Source: Octopus vulgaris (lineage: Eukaryota). Taken from it: a DNA stretch of 64,000 nucleotides. The stretch lies in contig OX597821.1 in the NCBI GenBank assembly GCA_951406725.2, forward strand, positions 90,706,001 to 90,770,000, written 5' to 3'. Below are positions 1-12,495 of the stretch, one piece after another. Every line of letters begins with the position of its first letter. The stretch's first letter is position 1. The notes beneath the pieces were generated by a model that worked only from the letters and a program-made list of their open reading frames with translations, was not told the origin of the DNA and ran no database searches. The translations under genes and the position numbers were made by a program.

Positions 1-210
1 GGCCATATCCGGCCAAAAATATTCTACCTTTTTTTTATGTTCAAACTAGCTCTATCTGGTCTCTCACACCAACCCTACAATATTGTTTTAAAAAATTAAC
101 AGCTAACTCATCAAAATCTCATCGTTACAAGATAATGCATGATTAGTTCAAAACAATGTAGATGAAGAAGCATTAATTTTGGTAGAATAATGCGAACACT
201 AAAGAGTTAA
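1..210 (+). mobile_element. piggyBac-like MITE family P1, truncated by window start
   Basis: Ends ctaaagag-TTAA; internal similarity to copies at 2560, 5884 and 62924. Confidence 0.7.
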
Positions 211-432
211 AAAAAAAAGCTGGCCCATTTATGTAAGCAAGGAAAAATTACCTGATCTACTTACTTTGTTGTGAATAAAGCACAATATACAGTTGTGAGA
301 AATTGGGAAATAAATATCTACAGAATGCTTCACTTTAGGGACCCATTTAAGTGAACTTTAAGGTAAATCCTAAACCAGTGGCCAAGTACTGGCAGTTAAT
401 TATTATGATTATTAAATTTATTGAAATGATAA

Positions 433-591
433 GCAGGTGTGGTTGTGTGGTAAGAAGCTAGCTTCCCAACCACATGGTTCCGGGTTCAGTCCCACTGCAT
501 GGCACCTTGGGCAAGTGTGTTCTACTATAGCCTCAGGCTGACCAAAGCCTTGCGAGTGGATTTAGTGCACAGAAACTGAAAGAAGCCTGTC

Positions 592-637
<46 letters not shown>

Positions 638-1426
638 ATGTATATATATATATACTCTCTCTTCATCTGTCCCTTTCTCCTGTCTTTTGTTCTCACATGA
701 CCGCTAGCCACTGCTGAGCGCCCTTTTCGTTCCAGCAGTCGTCGAAGCAACACGTATTTGTTCGTCTCCCTGCGGCCATTAGGCACTACTTCATAAGCCA
801 GCCCCAACTCAACTCGTCCTGTCGAAAGACCCTTGTCCTACGTCCTGGTTTTGTTTTGTTTTTTATCTTTACCGTTATTGTTTTTACATTTTTGTATTCT
901 TATTGGTGTCACGTATTCTGTATTTTTGTTCATGTACTCCGTTCGTTTTCCGTCCTCGTGTTGTATACATTTGAAGCTTTCTTCCAAGGGATCTAATGCG
1001 CTTGGCTTAGATTTTCCTTTGGGGGGCTGCCCAGATCGGAGCAATCTCAAGATTAATCAGCTGAAATTGCGAAGATGATCTGGTTCTTGACCGATGACTG
1101 AGGGCTTCGAATGTCCCGTCCTGTGTTTCTTGTGTCGTCTCTTTGGTGTTTCATGTTCTTGTCCATGTCTGTATTTATTTTTTACTGTTTACATATATAT
1201 TTATATTTATATTTGTATGTATGGGTTTGTGTGTCTCTGTTTGTCTCCCCATTATCACTTCATAACCGATGTTGGTGTGTTCACGTCATTTTAGCATAGA
1301 GGTTTGGAAAAGAGACTGATAGAATAAGTACTAGTTTTATAAAGAATGTCCTGGGATTGATTTGTTTGACTAAAGGTAGTGCTCCACCTTGGCGGCAGTC
1401 AAAATAACTGAAACAAGTAAAAGAGT
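433..1426 (+). mobile_element. tRNA-derived SINE family A, interrupted in its internal (TA)n by a ~540 bp insertion
   Basis: A/B-box-like head (tggttgtgtggt...ggttcagtccc), CORE-like ggcaccttgggcaagtgt, then (TA)n; body resumes ~1220 and ends actgaaacaagtaaaagag. Confidence 0.9.
655..1192 (+). mobile_element. Non-coding cassette inserted in (TA)n, possibly Penelope pLTR-derived
   Basis: Bounded by TA repeats and splits a SINE A copy; contains a hammerhead-shaped fold with a non-canonical core (1007-1083). Confidence 0.55.
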
Positions 1427-2077
1427 TTTATCCCTTAATTATTGGTTAATGTGTTGAAACATAGGGTTATCAGTTTGTACACTTGCAGAATATATCAGGT
1501 TGGAAGCATAGAGAATTACAGGCAATCATTGGGAAATCCTTCATAACAAATATTATCAACAAAAGAACCTGCGCCATGAAGGAGGCTCTATACAGCGGTT
1601 CAACCTGCTAGAAACAGCAGCTGAATTTCCATCACTGTATATCCTACTATCATATAAAAGGTAAAGGTATCTGTATTATGAAATCTGAAAACAATACATA
1701 CTCACATGCATATACATACACACATGCATTTGTACATACACACATGCATGCACACACACACACACACAGTCATGTATATACTGAATTGTTATCTATATAC
1801 TTGGTGTATTTGTCTAATTGCAAGTAACTGTTATAGGTCTGCCCAAAGTGCCAAATTAGGAAAGAACAGCAACAAATGATTTCTCAATTTGTAGACAGAA
1901 GAAACAGAAAGAGGCACACTGCAGAATTAGCCAGTTCATAAATGTTGACTCATTGATGGTCTCTATTTTATGTGCCGTTTTGAGTATTTTCCCTGCATTT
2001 GTGCATCTTGAAAAGAAAGGAGTTTGTAGGGACTGTTTTGAAACAAATCTAAAATGCATCATAGACTAAAATTCATA

Positions 2078-2488
2078 TAGGCGCAGGAGTGGCTGTGTGG
2101 TAAGTAGTTTGCTAACCAACCACATGGTTGCGGGTTCAGTCCCACTGTGTGGCATCTTGGGCAAGTTTCTTCTGCTATAGCCCCGGGCCGACCAATGCCT
2201 TGTGAGTGGATTTGGTAGACGGAAACTGAAAGAAGCCTGTCGTATATATGTATATATATATATATATGTGTGTGTGTGTTTGTGTGTCTGTGTTTGTCCC
2301 CCTAGCATTGCTTGACAACCGATGCTGGTGTGTTTATGTCCCCGTCACTTAGCGTTTCGGCAAAAGAGACCGATATAATAAATACTCGGCTTACAAAGAA
2401 TAAGTCCCGGGGTCGATTTGATCGACTAAAGGTGGTGCTCCAGCATGGCCGCAGTCAAATGACTGAAACAAGTAAAAGAGTAAAAGAG
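2078..2488 (+). mobile_element. SINE family A, full length
   Basis: taggcgcaggagtggctgtgtggt head, internal TA/TG microsatellite, tail cagtcaaatgactgaaacaa(gtaaaaga)n; near-identical to 36982, 47689 and 56512. Confidence 0.95.
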
Positions 2489-2559
2489 ACTGCATGGCTG
2501 GGAAATAGTAGCAGAGATGGCAGATCTTTACTTGTTAGAGAAGAAACAATTAAGCTCTG

Positions 2560-2787
2560 TTAACCCTTTAGCATTCAAACTGACCCTATCTGACCCAAAT
2601 ATTCTACTTGTTCCTTGTTCAAGGAAACCAGATCTGGCTTCTCACGCCTACTCTGCAATATTGTTATAAAAATAAATAATCAAATAGTCAAAATCTTGAA
2701 GTGATGAGATAATGAATGTTTAATTCAAAACAATGAGAATAAATAAGCATTATATTTGACAGAGTAATCTGAAGGATAAAGGATTAA
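2560..2787 (+). mobile_element. piggyBac-like MITE family P1
   Basis: TTAA-ccctttagcatt ... taaagga-TTAA; TTAA flanks and a CCC start. Confidence 0.8.
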
Positions 2788-4804
2788 ATGGATGTCACTG
2801 ATTTATAAAAGATATATTTTTAGACATTTTAAATACATCATTAGACAATGTGATGTCAGACGAAATAAGCTCAAATTTCAGTCAAAATAGAGCAACAGAT
2901 ATACTGATAGACTCACTTTAGATACACTTCAGAACTGATGTGTTTTAATGATGGTTATGTTTCCACAAACAACAGCTGCAACAAATGATGGTCTAAAGGG
3001 TAAAAAGAATTTATAATACCTAATTTCTGATTATCAATTGAAATATATTCTGTAGTACAATTGATAAAGTACTCACACAGAAATCAATAAGTACATAATT
3101 CAAATCTTGTCAGCAGGTCTCTTATTCACTTCTGTCTCAGATTCGTGTCTACACTACCCAATATTATTAATATCATCCTGCTTGATCTGTATCTTTTTTC
3201 TATAAGTAATTAACAGTCAGAGCACTTAGTTGAATTCTGCATACATTAGGAATTAGCAAGTCCCAAGTTAAAATCTGGTCAAACTTAAAAAGTACATTGG
3301 TCATTCAGTATTAAAATTTGTCACACCCACAGAATTAGGCAGTCCATAAACACAGGCTTCAAAGTTGACACTATTTCATGTATTTTGAGTATTTTCCCTG
3401 CATTTTTTAAAACTGCACCTGAATAATTCTGGAGAGTAAAAACAAAGGTGTAGATTGTTTACATCTGATTAGCTGTGGAAATCTTAAAAGACTCTGATGA
3501 AGATTAACGTGGATTTCATCTAACATATCCAGAATATAATTTTGAGTGAGTGTAAGCTGCAAAATAACATATCCAGAAAATGGTTTCAAGTGAGTGGAAG
3601 GTGCAAAATTTCAAGTAGGAAGTGATAATGATGTGTCCCAAATGATGAAGCAAGGTTCTCAATCAGCTGAAAGCAGTGGTTATGCAATATTGATATTAGA
3701 CTGGCAGATTGACAATCCCAGATAACAACCTCCAAATTTAAGTGTTCCTTTCAGTAGTTTTCAACCAATCTCTTCTTATTTAAGAGATGTTACACTTTTA
3801 TGCATCCTGTGTATGAAGGTCTGGTGTAGATGCTTTTTACCATCCCACACTAAGAACTGAACAAGGTTAAAGTTTTTGCTGTTCATTCATATATTTTAGT
3901 GTTGAATTTCTATTTGCTTATGAGAATTATATGCAGTAATACAAATCTACCAAAGTACACAGAATACTATATGCAACTTATTAAGTTTAATGAATCAAAA
4001 CTAAAAACCATTATGCATGCTTAAAAATCTCCTCTAAATGGTATACATTACTTTTAGTATATCCATTTTCAGTACATCCACTTAGAGTTTTAATATAATT
4101 CCTGTGATAATATCAATAACATTTCTCGTTGCTAGCTTGCTAGCTGCCTCTATCTCAGAAAATTCTTAAATATTTATTGATTCCTATCTCAGTCATGTTG
4201 CGAGGTATTTGTTCATTAGTTCTGAATTAGATATGTGTAATTTTTCACTTAACTGCTATCAATAGCTTAAACATCAATAAGTTATGTGTTCAGAATTATG
4301 GCAATACATCTTATATTAGATAACCGCTGACATAAGAATGCCAAATATTGTTGTGCCAAGTTTCACTGACACAAAATTGATCATAGGATGATAAATACAC
4401 ATGCATGTACACATACACACACAAACATATTCACACACGTACATTCAAACTTTTCGCGTGACATATAGACATCATCGACATTTTAAACACTGTTATTTCT
4501 AATTGTCTTCATATTAAAGACAGTTAAATTTACAACATTTTCTGATATCAGATATATTTATATAGAGAGAGTAATATATTCTTTTCATATTACACATCCT
4601 GCAGATACTAAAGCTTTCCTTCTGATTCATTCAGTCTTTGACTTCTAATTTCGTTTTTATTGTAAATACCTCACCAAGATGCTTGTTATTCAAAGACTTT
4701 TATTCCAAAAGATTTTTCAGAACCATTGACATCTGCTGGTATTGTTATTATTTGAAACAAATTGAACAATAATTATCATTTTCCTCCATATTACTGACAA
4801 GTTT

Positions 4805-4893
4805 TTCTCTATTTCTCTTTCTCTCTTTCTCTGTCTTTCTCTGTTACTCTGTCTCTGTCTCTCTCTCTGTCCTTCTCTCTTTCCTTTTCTCTC

Positions 4894-4927
<34 letters not shown>
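4805..4927. repeat. (CT)n-rich microsatellite
   Basis: Direct reading. Confidence 0.9.
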
Positions 4928-4931
<4 letters not shown>

Positions 4932-5883
4932 ACACCCACCCTTTCTGACAAGAGGCATATGTAGCATTTCATAAATATTTATAGTCTGTTGAAAACAGGA
5001 CACAAATTCTTTGTTTTATAGTATTGCAACATATGATCTTGAGACATGTAAGCATTTCTTGGAGGTATTGGTAATGTAAATGAGGGGAAAATGCTTCAAC
5101 TAGGGACTGAAACTGTATTACAAAGATTTTTTTCCTGGGGGTTGGATATTGGCTCCATAACACTCCTGATTCTATAAATATAGTTCAATCACTTATCACT
5201 TCATGCTATTATAGAACTATTGATTCATGTCTGATATGATGAGATTGAAACAAGATGCACGCAGAAAGATGACACTAGCATTTTTATTTGATTTCTACAG
5301 GAATTCAGCATATAAAGGTATGTTCATTCACTTCAAATTGGCCTTACGTGTTATTAAGTGTTTATATATCAATAGAGATCAATTACAATGAAAATACATG
5401 CAACAGAGTTGTTGTCTGGTAACTAACATTAAGAAGTTCCATAACATCATCTCTTAACATAGATGCTTTAAAGGCAGTTGTGTGAATACAAGCAAGATAT
5501 TTGGGAAAATTAGGAAAAAAAAAACAAAACAAACAATGAAAACTCTTGAACCTGTAGATCTAATTAAGTGGGTTCATCCCCCATACAATTAAATATGCTA
5601 TTTATAAAATTTACCGGTTTAAGTCAATATCTAAGAAGCCATCTGTTCCTGAATCTGAGCTCTGAGTCAAATAGACTATACAAAGAGGTAAACTGCCTTA
5701 CTGGAATATGGATATGTGCATTTGAAGACATACTGTATACTCCATTGAATACATAAGTTTTATGTTTAACAACATCTACTTTTTTGGTATAGTAGCATCA
5801 GAGAAAGAGGAAGTGAATTAAGACACTCAACTCTTTTGAAAACATAAATCTAAGCAGGTTATAGAATACAAATGTTATAGTTT

Positions 5884-6078
5884 TTAACTCTTTAGAATCA
5901 GATTATTCTGCTAAATGTAATGCTTATGTATTCACTTTGTTTTGAATTAATCATAGCTCTGAAATTTTAATGATGTGATTGTTTATTTTCAGAATGACAC
6001 TATAGGGAAGGTGTGAGAGGTCAGATCTTGCTGGTTCAGACATAAAACACACGGCCAGTTTAAATGCTAATGGGTTAA
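5884..6078 (-). mobile_element. piggyBac-like MITE family P1
   Basis: TTAA-ctctttag ... aatgctaatggg-TTAA; reverse complement aligns with 2560-2787. Confidence 0.75.
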
Positions 6079-7027
6079 AGTAAGTTCTCAATAAAAAGCA
6101 TCTGTAATTAATGAATTAAAGATGCAATAATTATCAGTCATCTACAAACACATAAAAATTCATCACAAGCTTTTCAACTTTTAACTGTCTTTTACAGAAT
6201 ATAATTACCAGGTCTTAAACATGGTTACTGACTCATGAATGTAGTCTCCTTTTTAACCGAGGAGTTGGCAGATAGTAAAGGTGAGGAGCAGTCTCCTTTG
6301 TCCCTTAACTAACTAATGGAAGAATAATGATAGGTGGCTCTTTGACAGAAGACAAAATGATGGAGAAGATAGACTGATTGCAACTTTGTACCAAACTGAA
6401 TAGAGTATTGTAGTTATTGTCATAGAGTGTTACTAAGCTGAACCAACCATTGGCATAAGTATAACTGTACAAACTTTAGGCTACTTTTACATATTGTATG
6501 ACTTCAGCCTGATGTAATCTTGTTACTGAGTGTATATAATCAGATTTGAAAGCAAATTATAACCAGATTATATAAAGACATCACAAAAACAGAATTATTA
6601 TAAAGAAAACTCACCAACAATGTTAGGTGTATGATACCTGACTATCATACACAAAATATATATCTCTGCTCTGAACATGTCATAGTTGCTTTTGTTTTGT
6701 CTTCAACTTGCTTATCAATTAACACAGGTTTTGGTTTGATGCTTCACATATTGTTCAAACCATTTTTTTTCCTTATCTACTAAGCATTAACTCCTTATTC
6801 TCTCATTAGTTAGTTAAGAGACAAAGAGAATTGCTTCTTATGTTTCTGGTTTCCCAACTCCTCTGGCGAAAGGAAGCCAGGTGGTGTTAAGTTTGAAAGT
6901 CTGCAGATTAAGGTCAGTGGGACAAAAATACAGGCAGGAATGTAATTACATAAGATACAATTCTGGGGAGAAAATATTAGATAAGCAGTACAAGGAATGA
7001 TGAATGGAAATGTGACAAAAGCATCAA

Positions 7028-7493
7028 ATTTATTTATTTATTTTATTTTATCTAGTTTCAGCTCACGAGCTGTGGCCATGCTGGGGCACCGCCATTTGGT
7101 TTTGCTACATGATTTTACTTCACGAAAGCTTTTTAGCAATTGCCATTTGGTGCATGAGAGAGTTCGATGCAGCTGCCCTCATCTGCACCTCCTGCCGTGA
7201 AGTTGGTTCATCTGGGACACCTGACAGGAAGAGATCCAGTTTTATTTTAAAGACATCTGCATCTACCCCATGCAGGTCTCTCAGGTTCTTCGGGAGGATA
7301 TTGAAGAGCTGTGGGTCTCTGAAGCCCAGGCTATCACAGTATCTTTTCCTACATCTTGATGGCAAATTTGGAGTCCTTGGCACCATGCAGTGGTACCCAG
7401 TTCTAGCATTTGTGTAACTCTCGATGCCAAAGTTTGGGACAAGTCCTTCTAGGATCTTCCAGATGTATATTATGGCATATCTTTCTCGCCTAA
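7028..7493 (-). mobile_element. CR1/L2-group LINE, 5'-truncated 3' end (ORF2 C-terminus, 3' UTR, (TAAA)n tail)
   Basis: Translates RRERYAIIYIWKILEGLVPNF...PQLFNILPKNLRDL...FKIKLDLFLSGVPDEP, typical of a CR1-group ORF2 end; AT-rich tail at 7028-7050. Confidence 0.85.
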
Positions 7494-7847
7494 GATCATC
7501 TAAATGTGGGGTTTAACAACCATGAAACTGAATTATGGTTAAACGTATTCCAGCTGTATCAATTTCATCTGTATAGAGGTCTCTGGAACCAATTTGTCTA
7601 TTATGGTAATGTATGATTTCGAGAGATTTTGGTACTATTTCTAAGTAGAACAACTCTGCAGAAACGCTTTTATTTCCTTGAGATACATTAGGTAGAGTCT
7701 GCTGGAGCTGATATGAATAGTTTGGTGAAAACATGGCTATCTATGAAATACCATATTAGAAAACATACCAGCATGACAAGTCAGTCTTCAGGGATAAAAT
7801 TCTTGTAAAGAAACTCATTGTTTACTCCACGGTGTAGAATGTATACT

Positions 7848-8232
7848 AGTGGAGGTGCAATGGCCCAGTGGTTAGGGCAGCGGACTCGCGGTCATAGGAT
7901 TGCAGTTTCGATTCCCAGACCGGGCGTTGTGAGTGTTTATTGAGCGAAAACACCTAAAGCCCTACGAGGCTCCGGCAGGAGATGGTGGTGATCCCTGCTG
8001 TACTCTTTCACCACAACTTTCTCTCACTCTTACTTCCTCTTTCTGTTGTACCTGTATTTCAAAGGACCGGCCTTGTCACTCTCTGTGTCACGCTGAATAT
8101 CCCCGAGAACTACGTTAAGGGTACACGTGTCTGTGGAGTGCTCAGCCACTTACATGTTAATTTCACGAGCAGGCTGTTCCGTTGATTCGGATCAACCGGA
8201 ACCCTTGTCGTCATAACCGACAAAGTGCTTCC
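7848..8232 (+). mobile_element. SINE, head B + tail T1
   Basis: tRNA-like head tggcccagtggtt...gtttcgattccc; 12 bp TSD agaatgtatact (7836-7847, 8233-8244). Confidence 0.95.
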
Positions 8233-8804
8233 AGAATGTATACTGAAATGGGAGATCGTCAATGAGAATGTGTAATTTTGTCATATCTTCAGCAGTCTTG
8301 ATGGATTTTTGTCTGTTAATGTATTACAAAATACACAAAGCAAAATAATAAACGACAACAATTATTAATAGAGAAAGAAACCACAGCAGCAAGAAAATAT
8401 TATCAGGAAAACTTTGCTGTGAGTCTAATTGAGAAAAAGCCTATACGTTATGTAAACAGATTTATGTTGTCTAGATACACATGAGTGATAGATATGTCTG
8501 GAGATAACCAAAATATGATTTAAGAAATAGTCTGGGAAATTTAACTTATCCTCATATGTTGTTTGAAGATGCCAGAAAAATAATATTTTCCAACAAGATA
8601 TATTGCTAGCAAGAATGGTTTGAAATATCTACAGAGTATAAGTACAAGAGACCAGACATCATTCACAGGGACTGAAAGGCAGAAATATACATTGTGCTGT
8701 AGAGGTTAATTATTTAGCTGATCTGAATACCAAGTCAAAAGTCAGTGAAAAAATACCATAAATATGGTGCATTAAAGCAGAAATCTATTACAGATATTAT
8801 ACAC

Positions 8805-8922
8805 GCAAACACACATATGTATACATGGTTACATGTATATGCCTATGTGTGTATGTGTGTATGTGAGTGTTTGTAAATATATATATATATAAATACAAAT
8901 GTGTAAATATATACATTTACAT

Positions 8923-8963
<41 letters not shown>

Positions 8964-9177
8964 TATACATAAATATATATGTACATGTATATATACATAT
9001 ATATATTTATATATATATATATATAACATCTATATGTGTGTACATATACAATTGATAAATACATTTTTACAGATGTGTGTATATATATTTATAGGCATAT
9101 GTATATACGTACCTATGTATATATGTATGTATATATGTATGTATGCATGTATGTATGTATGTATGTATGTATGTATG
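8805..9177. repeat. Compound (TA)n/(TATG)n microsatellite
   Basis: Direct reading; source of the YIYI ORF artefacts. Confidence 0.9.
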
Positions 9178-9555
9178 CGAAGGAGAAAAGTGTGCTACCT
9201 GCATAGATAAATCATATTTTCAGCTTCGCCTATCATAAATAACAATGGTTTTATTAATTCATTACCTGTATCACGCATTTGTCTTTAAAGCACTTCGAGA
9301 AATGTATTTTATTTTCCTTTATGATATGTGTCACTTGATATCATGTTTTCCTGTTAAAGGATAATTGTCTGAAGATTTTGATAAACACTGAGGCCATGCT
9401 GCAGGAAAGACTGTAAACAGCTTTGCATCTACGAGAGCCATGAACTATCATTACAAGTAGCAGAACCTAGAACATGCTTATAAGTAATAGATCCTAGAAC
9501 ATTCATTCATGCAGAAATGTTTTGAATAATAGTAATGACAACAATAATAACAATA

Positions 9556-10090
9556 GGCTCTCATGGCTTTTGATCTTAACTGATAGGAAGTGTTATCATG
9601 TTCATTGTTTTGTATTGGTATAAAAGATGGGCTACAGCAAATATTCTGCTCAGTACCACAGATTTGTTTGTTAGCTGTTTGACCCTAACCAGTTGAGCAT
9701 GTCTCTTAGTGGCTGACGATATGTGAATCTCTGATCACAAGCAGAAGTAGTGGGGGAGTATCATAGCCTTGTGTTGAGAGGAATTCTTTGGGGTTTGGAT
9801 AATTCACTTTTGGAAACATGGCTGGTTCATTCAACATCCTGAAACAACCCTTATTCAGGGACCATTTGAGTGGGATAGGCTACTCAACCTGAAGCAAATT
9901 CTAACTGTGCAAATTCTAACTACAAGGTCATGCACTGTTTATTTTGATAAGAGATCACCATGTCACGCACATATGGTTGTGATGCATGTGCCTGGTGTAC
10001 CCTTATCAGACGGGTAGTCATGATGGATTTATTGGGGTTTGTATATTTTACCCCGGTGTCACTTTGATGGCATGCAGTGCTTACTCATTC

Positions 10091-10147
<57 letters not shown>
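9556..10147 (+). mobile_element. Unclassified retroposon-like repeat ending in (AAT)n
   Basis: Non-coding block, GC-richer than flanks, bounded by AAT-rich sequence; pure (AAT)n at 10091-10147. Confidence 0.5.
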
Positions 10148-10149
<2 letters not shown>

Positions 10150-10590
10150 GCTGATAAATATAATGGGCTACCTTGGGAGGTTAAGCAGTTGTGGTCGCTG
10201 AAAAAGTGGCAGTAGTACCGCTAATTGTTGGAGCCCTGGGAATAGTGAATATAAATCTTGAGAAATACATGGAACAAATAAGGGCTGCAATAAGGGTGGA
10301 GCACTTGCAGAAAACAGCACTGCTTGAAACTGCTTGAATACTCCAGATGGTGCTCGAAAAATAAGAGGTGTTACCTTAGTTCACTGGTAGTGAACAGCTG
10401 ACACCGTAGTAAATCTCCAGCATTAGAAGCTGTGCAAAGACAATAAAATAATAATGTAGGATGCAATGATTCAGTGTGACCATCAGATCAGACATTGGAA
10501 ATCTGACATTGTTGTGTTAGAGAAAAATATAGAAAAATCTTAGATGTCTTGGTGACAACAAGATCAAAGAGAAAGAAGAAAAACTGAACA
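10148..10590 (+). mobile_element. R4/Dong-clade (RLE) non-LTR fragments
   Basis: DKYNGL..WEVKQLWSLK..VVPLIVGALG...LQKTALLETA*ILQMVLEK*, followed by IQCDHQIRHWKSDIVVLEK (PD-motif region); begins in a (TAA)n tract, the known Dong target. Confidence 0.8.
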
Positions 10591-10724
10591 ACAGACACAC
10601 ATACCTACTCACAGACATATTCATACAGGGTGTTTGGGCTAAATTTGACAATTTTGTCTTTTTCTCCCTTCTTCAGGAATAGCTTGATGTATTGAACAGT
10701 AAATGCTGTTGAATAGCTTAAAGA

Positions 10725-10961
10725 ATAACCCTTTAGATACCAAAACCCCTGAAACCGCTTCTGGCTCTATAGTACAAATGCCTTGTGTTTATAAATTTTG
10801 AATTAAAATCTTCCACCAAACCTTAGTCACAATTTATGTTCCTAACTCTAGCTTAATGATGATTAAGATATTTTACTAAATTCTTTATATTTTGTTATAT
10901 TTTAAATTATTTGAAAGAAACACAGATTATCTCAAAAGAAATACAGTAATGAAAGGGTTAA
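10725..10961. mobile_element. piggyBac-like MITE family P2
   Basis: (a)TAA-CCCTTT ... AAAGGG-TTAA termini; interior unrelated to P1. Confidence 0.75.
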
Positions 10962-11313
10962 AGCTCCAGCTGAAAAAAAGTTACCTGACTTGGAGGATTG
11001 GAAGCCATCTGAATATTGGAAAGAGTTACCTGTATCATGATGAATCATGCCAGTTATCAAAATACCATCCTCATGACTCCTACTTAATGCTCTGTGAAAA
11101 CTGTGAAGTTTGTAAGACATGACATGGACAGCTGCATTGGAGACTATAAGCCATAACTAGCAGGGCCACACCAAGCATTCAGAGAGTCACCACATTTTGG
11201 AATTCCTTCCCATCCCTTTGAACAAGCCTTAGGTTCAATTCAGTCAGCTATGTGAAGCTGCTGTAGACTACAGCCAAACCCTGATTGGAGGGGGTTACAG
11301 CTGGAAAGCCATA

Positions 11314-11540
11314 CAAGGGTGTGCAGAAAATTTCCTGGTTTAAAGGGTATCACAAAATGCTTGGTTGGAGACCCAACTTTCTAAGTTCTTTAACAGGTCT
11401 TAGAAAAACTGAAGGACTGCTGCAATAAGTGTGTGAATCTGAGAGGGGAATAATTAACTGATCCTTTTTTATTTTCATAATTATCTGATCCTTCTGTATT
11501 TTCATTTGCCCAAAACTAGGAACTTTTCAACACATCCTCA
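11314..11540 (+). mobile_element. mariner-derived MITE
   Basis: TA flanks; imperfect TIRs caagggtgtgcagaaaatttcctggttt / aaactaggaacttttcaacacatcctca; internal GLEKLKDCCNKCVNLRGE resembles a mariner C-terminus. Confidence 0.75.
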
Positions 11541-11994
11541 TATGTATGACAGCAGGATTCAACTCCTTGCCCTGTTTCCAGAAAGAATCAGAAATAGTTG
11601 GAGAATTTCTAATGCTTCACTAGCAGGATTATTACATGTAGGGTACAATTGAGAAAGACACAGACCACTGCTTGCAATACAAAAGCTGAGCTGGTGGATA
11701 AGATCAAGGAAGTGTACAAAGATCTTTCCAAGGACATAGAGAGGAATGTTTGCATGAGGTTCTTTAGCCATCTTGAGTCCATATGGAAGCTGAGGATAGC
11801 TACTCTGAGTACACTGCTATCTCCAAGCCTTAATCTAGCCCATAGATTTCGATATTTTAAAATACATTTATGCTTGGATGGGATATAGTGGGATATATGC
11901 AAACTGTCACATACATACATAAATGCAGATTATGCAAATGAATATGTGCAAGAATGCACGTATTGCACTAATATATGTAAGCATGCACATATGT

Positions 11995-12370
11995 GCAAGC
12001 ATGGCTATGTGGAAAGAAGTCTGCTTCCCAACCATATCGTTCTGGGTTCATTCTCACTGCATGGCACTTTGGGCAAGTGTCTTCTACTTGAGCCAACCAA
12101 AGTGGACTTGGTAGATGGAAACTGAAAGAAGCACATTGTGTGTGTGCATGTGTGTATCTGTGTGTGTGTGCATGTGTGTGTCTTTGTGTCAGTGTTTGTT
12201 CCCACCATCTCTTGACAACTGGTGTTAGTGTGTTTATGTTCCCATAACTTACAGGTTTGACAAAAGAGAACAATAGAATAAGTGCTAGGCTTAAGAAAAA
12301 TTAAGTACTGAGGTCGATTGGTTTGACTAAAATTCCTCAAGGTGGTGCACCAACATAGCCACAGTCTAAT
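11995..12370 (+). mobile_element. SINE family A, diverged
   Basis: Colinear with 2078-2488 with many substitutions. Confidence 0.85.
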
Positions 12371-12495
12371 ATATGTATGAGTTAGGGGACAAATGAAAGA
12401 AAGTGACTCTTAGCATATTTGATAGGAATTATATATATTATTTAATAGCAGTCATTTGGAAGCTTGATAAGATAGGTTCATACTATGAGCCTACA

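Larger units (their letters stand above)
10626..11830 (+). mobile_element. Degraded maT/DD37D-like Tc1-mariner transposon with two nested MITEs
   Basis: TA-CAGGGTGTTT start; remnants QQDSTPC..SRKNQK and CNTKAELVDKIKEVYKDL...CMRFFSHLES. Right end not identified. Confidence 0.6.

Noticed and set aside
5546-5580. aacctgtagatc resembling miR-100/miR-10
   Set aside because: The match stops after 12 nt and there is no precursor-length hairpin.
8829-9210. ORFs rich in YI/VC/HT, here and throughout the window
   Set aside because: They are translations of (TA)n, (TG)n and (CA)n microsatellites or of SINE bodies.
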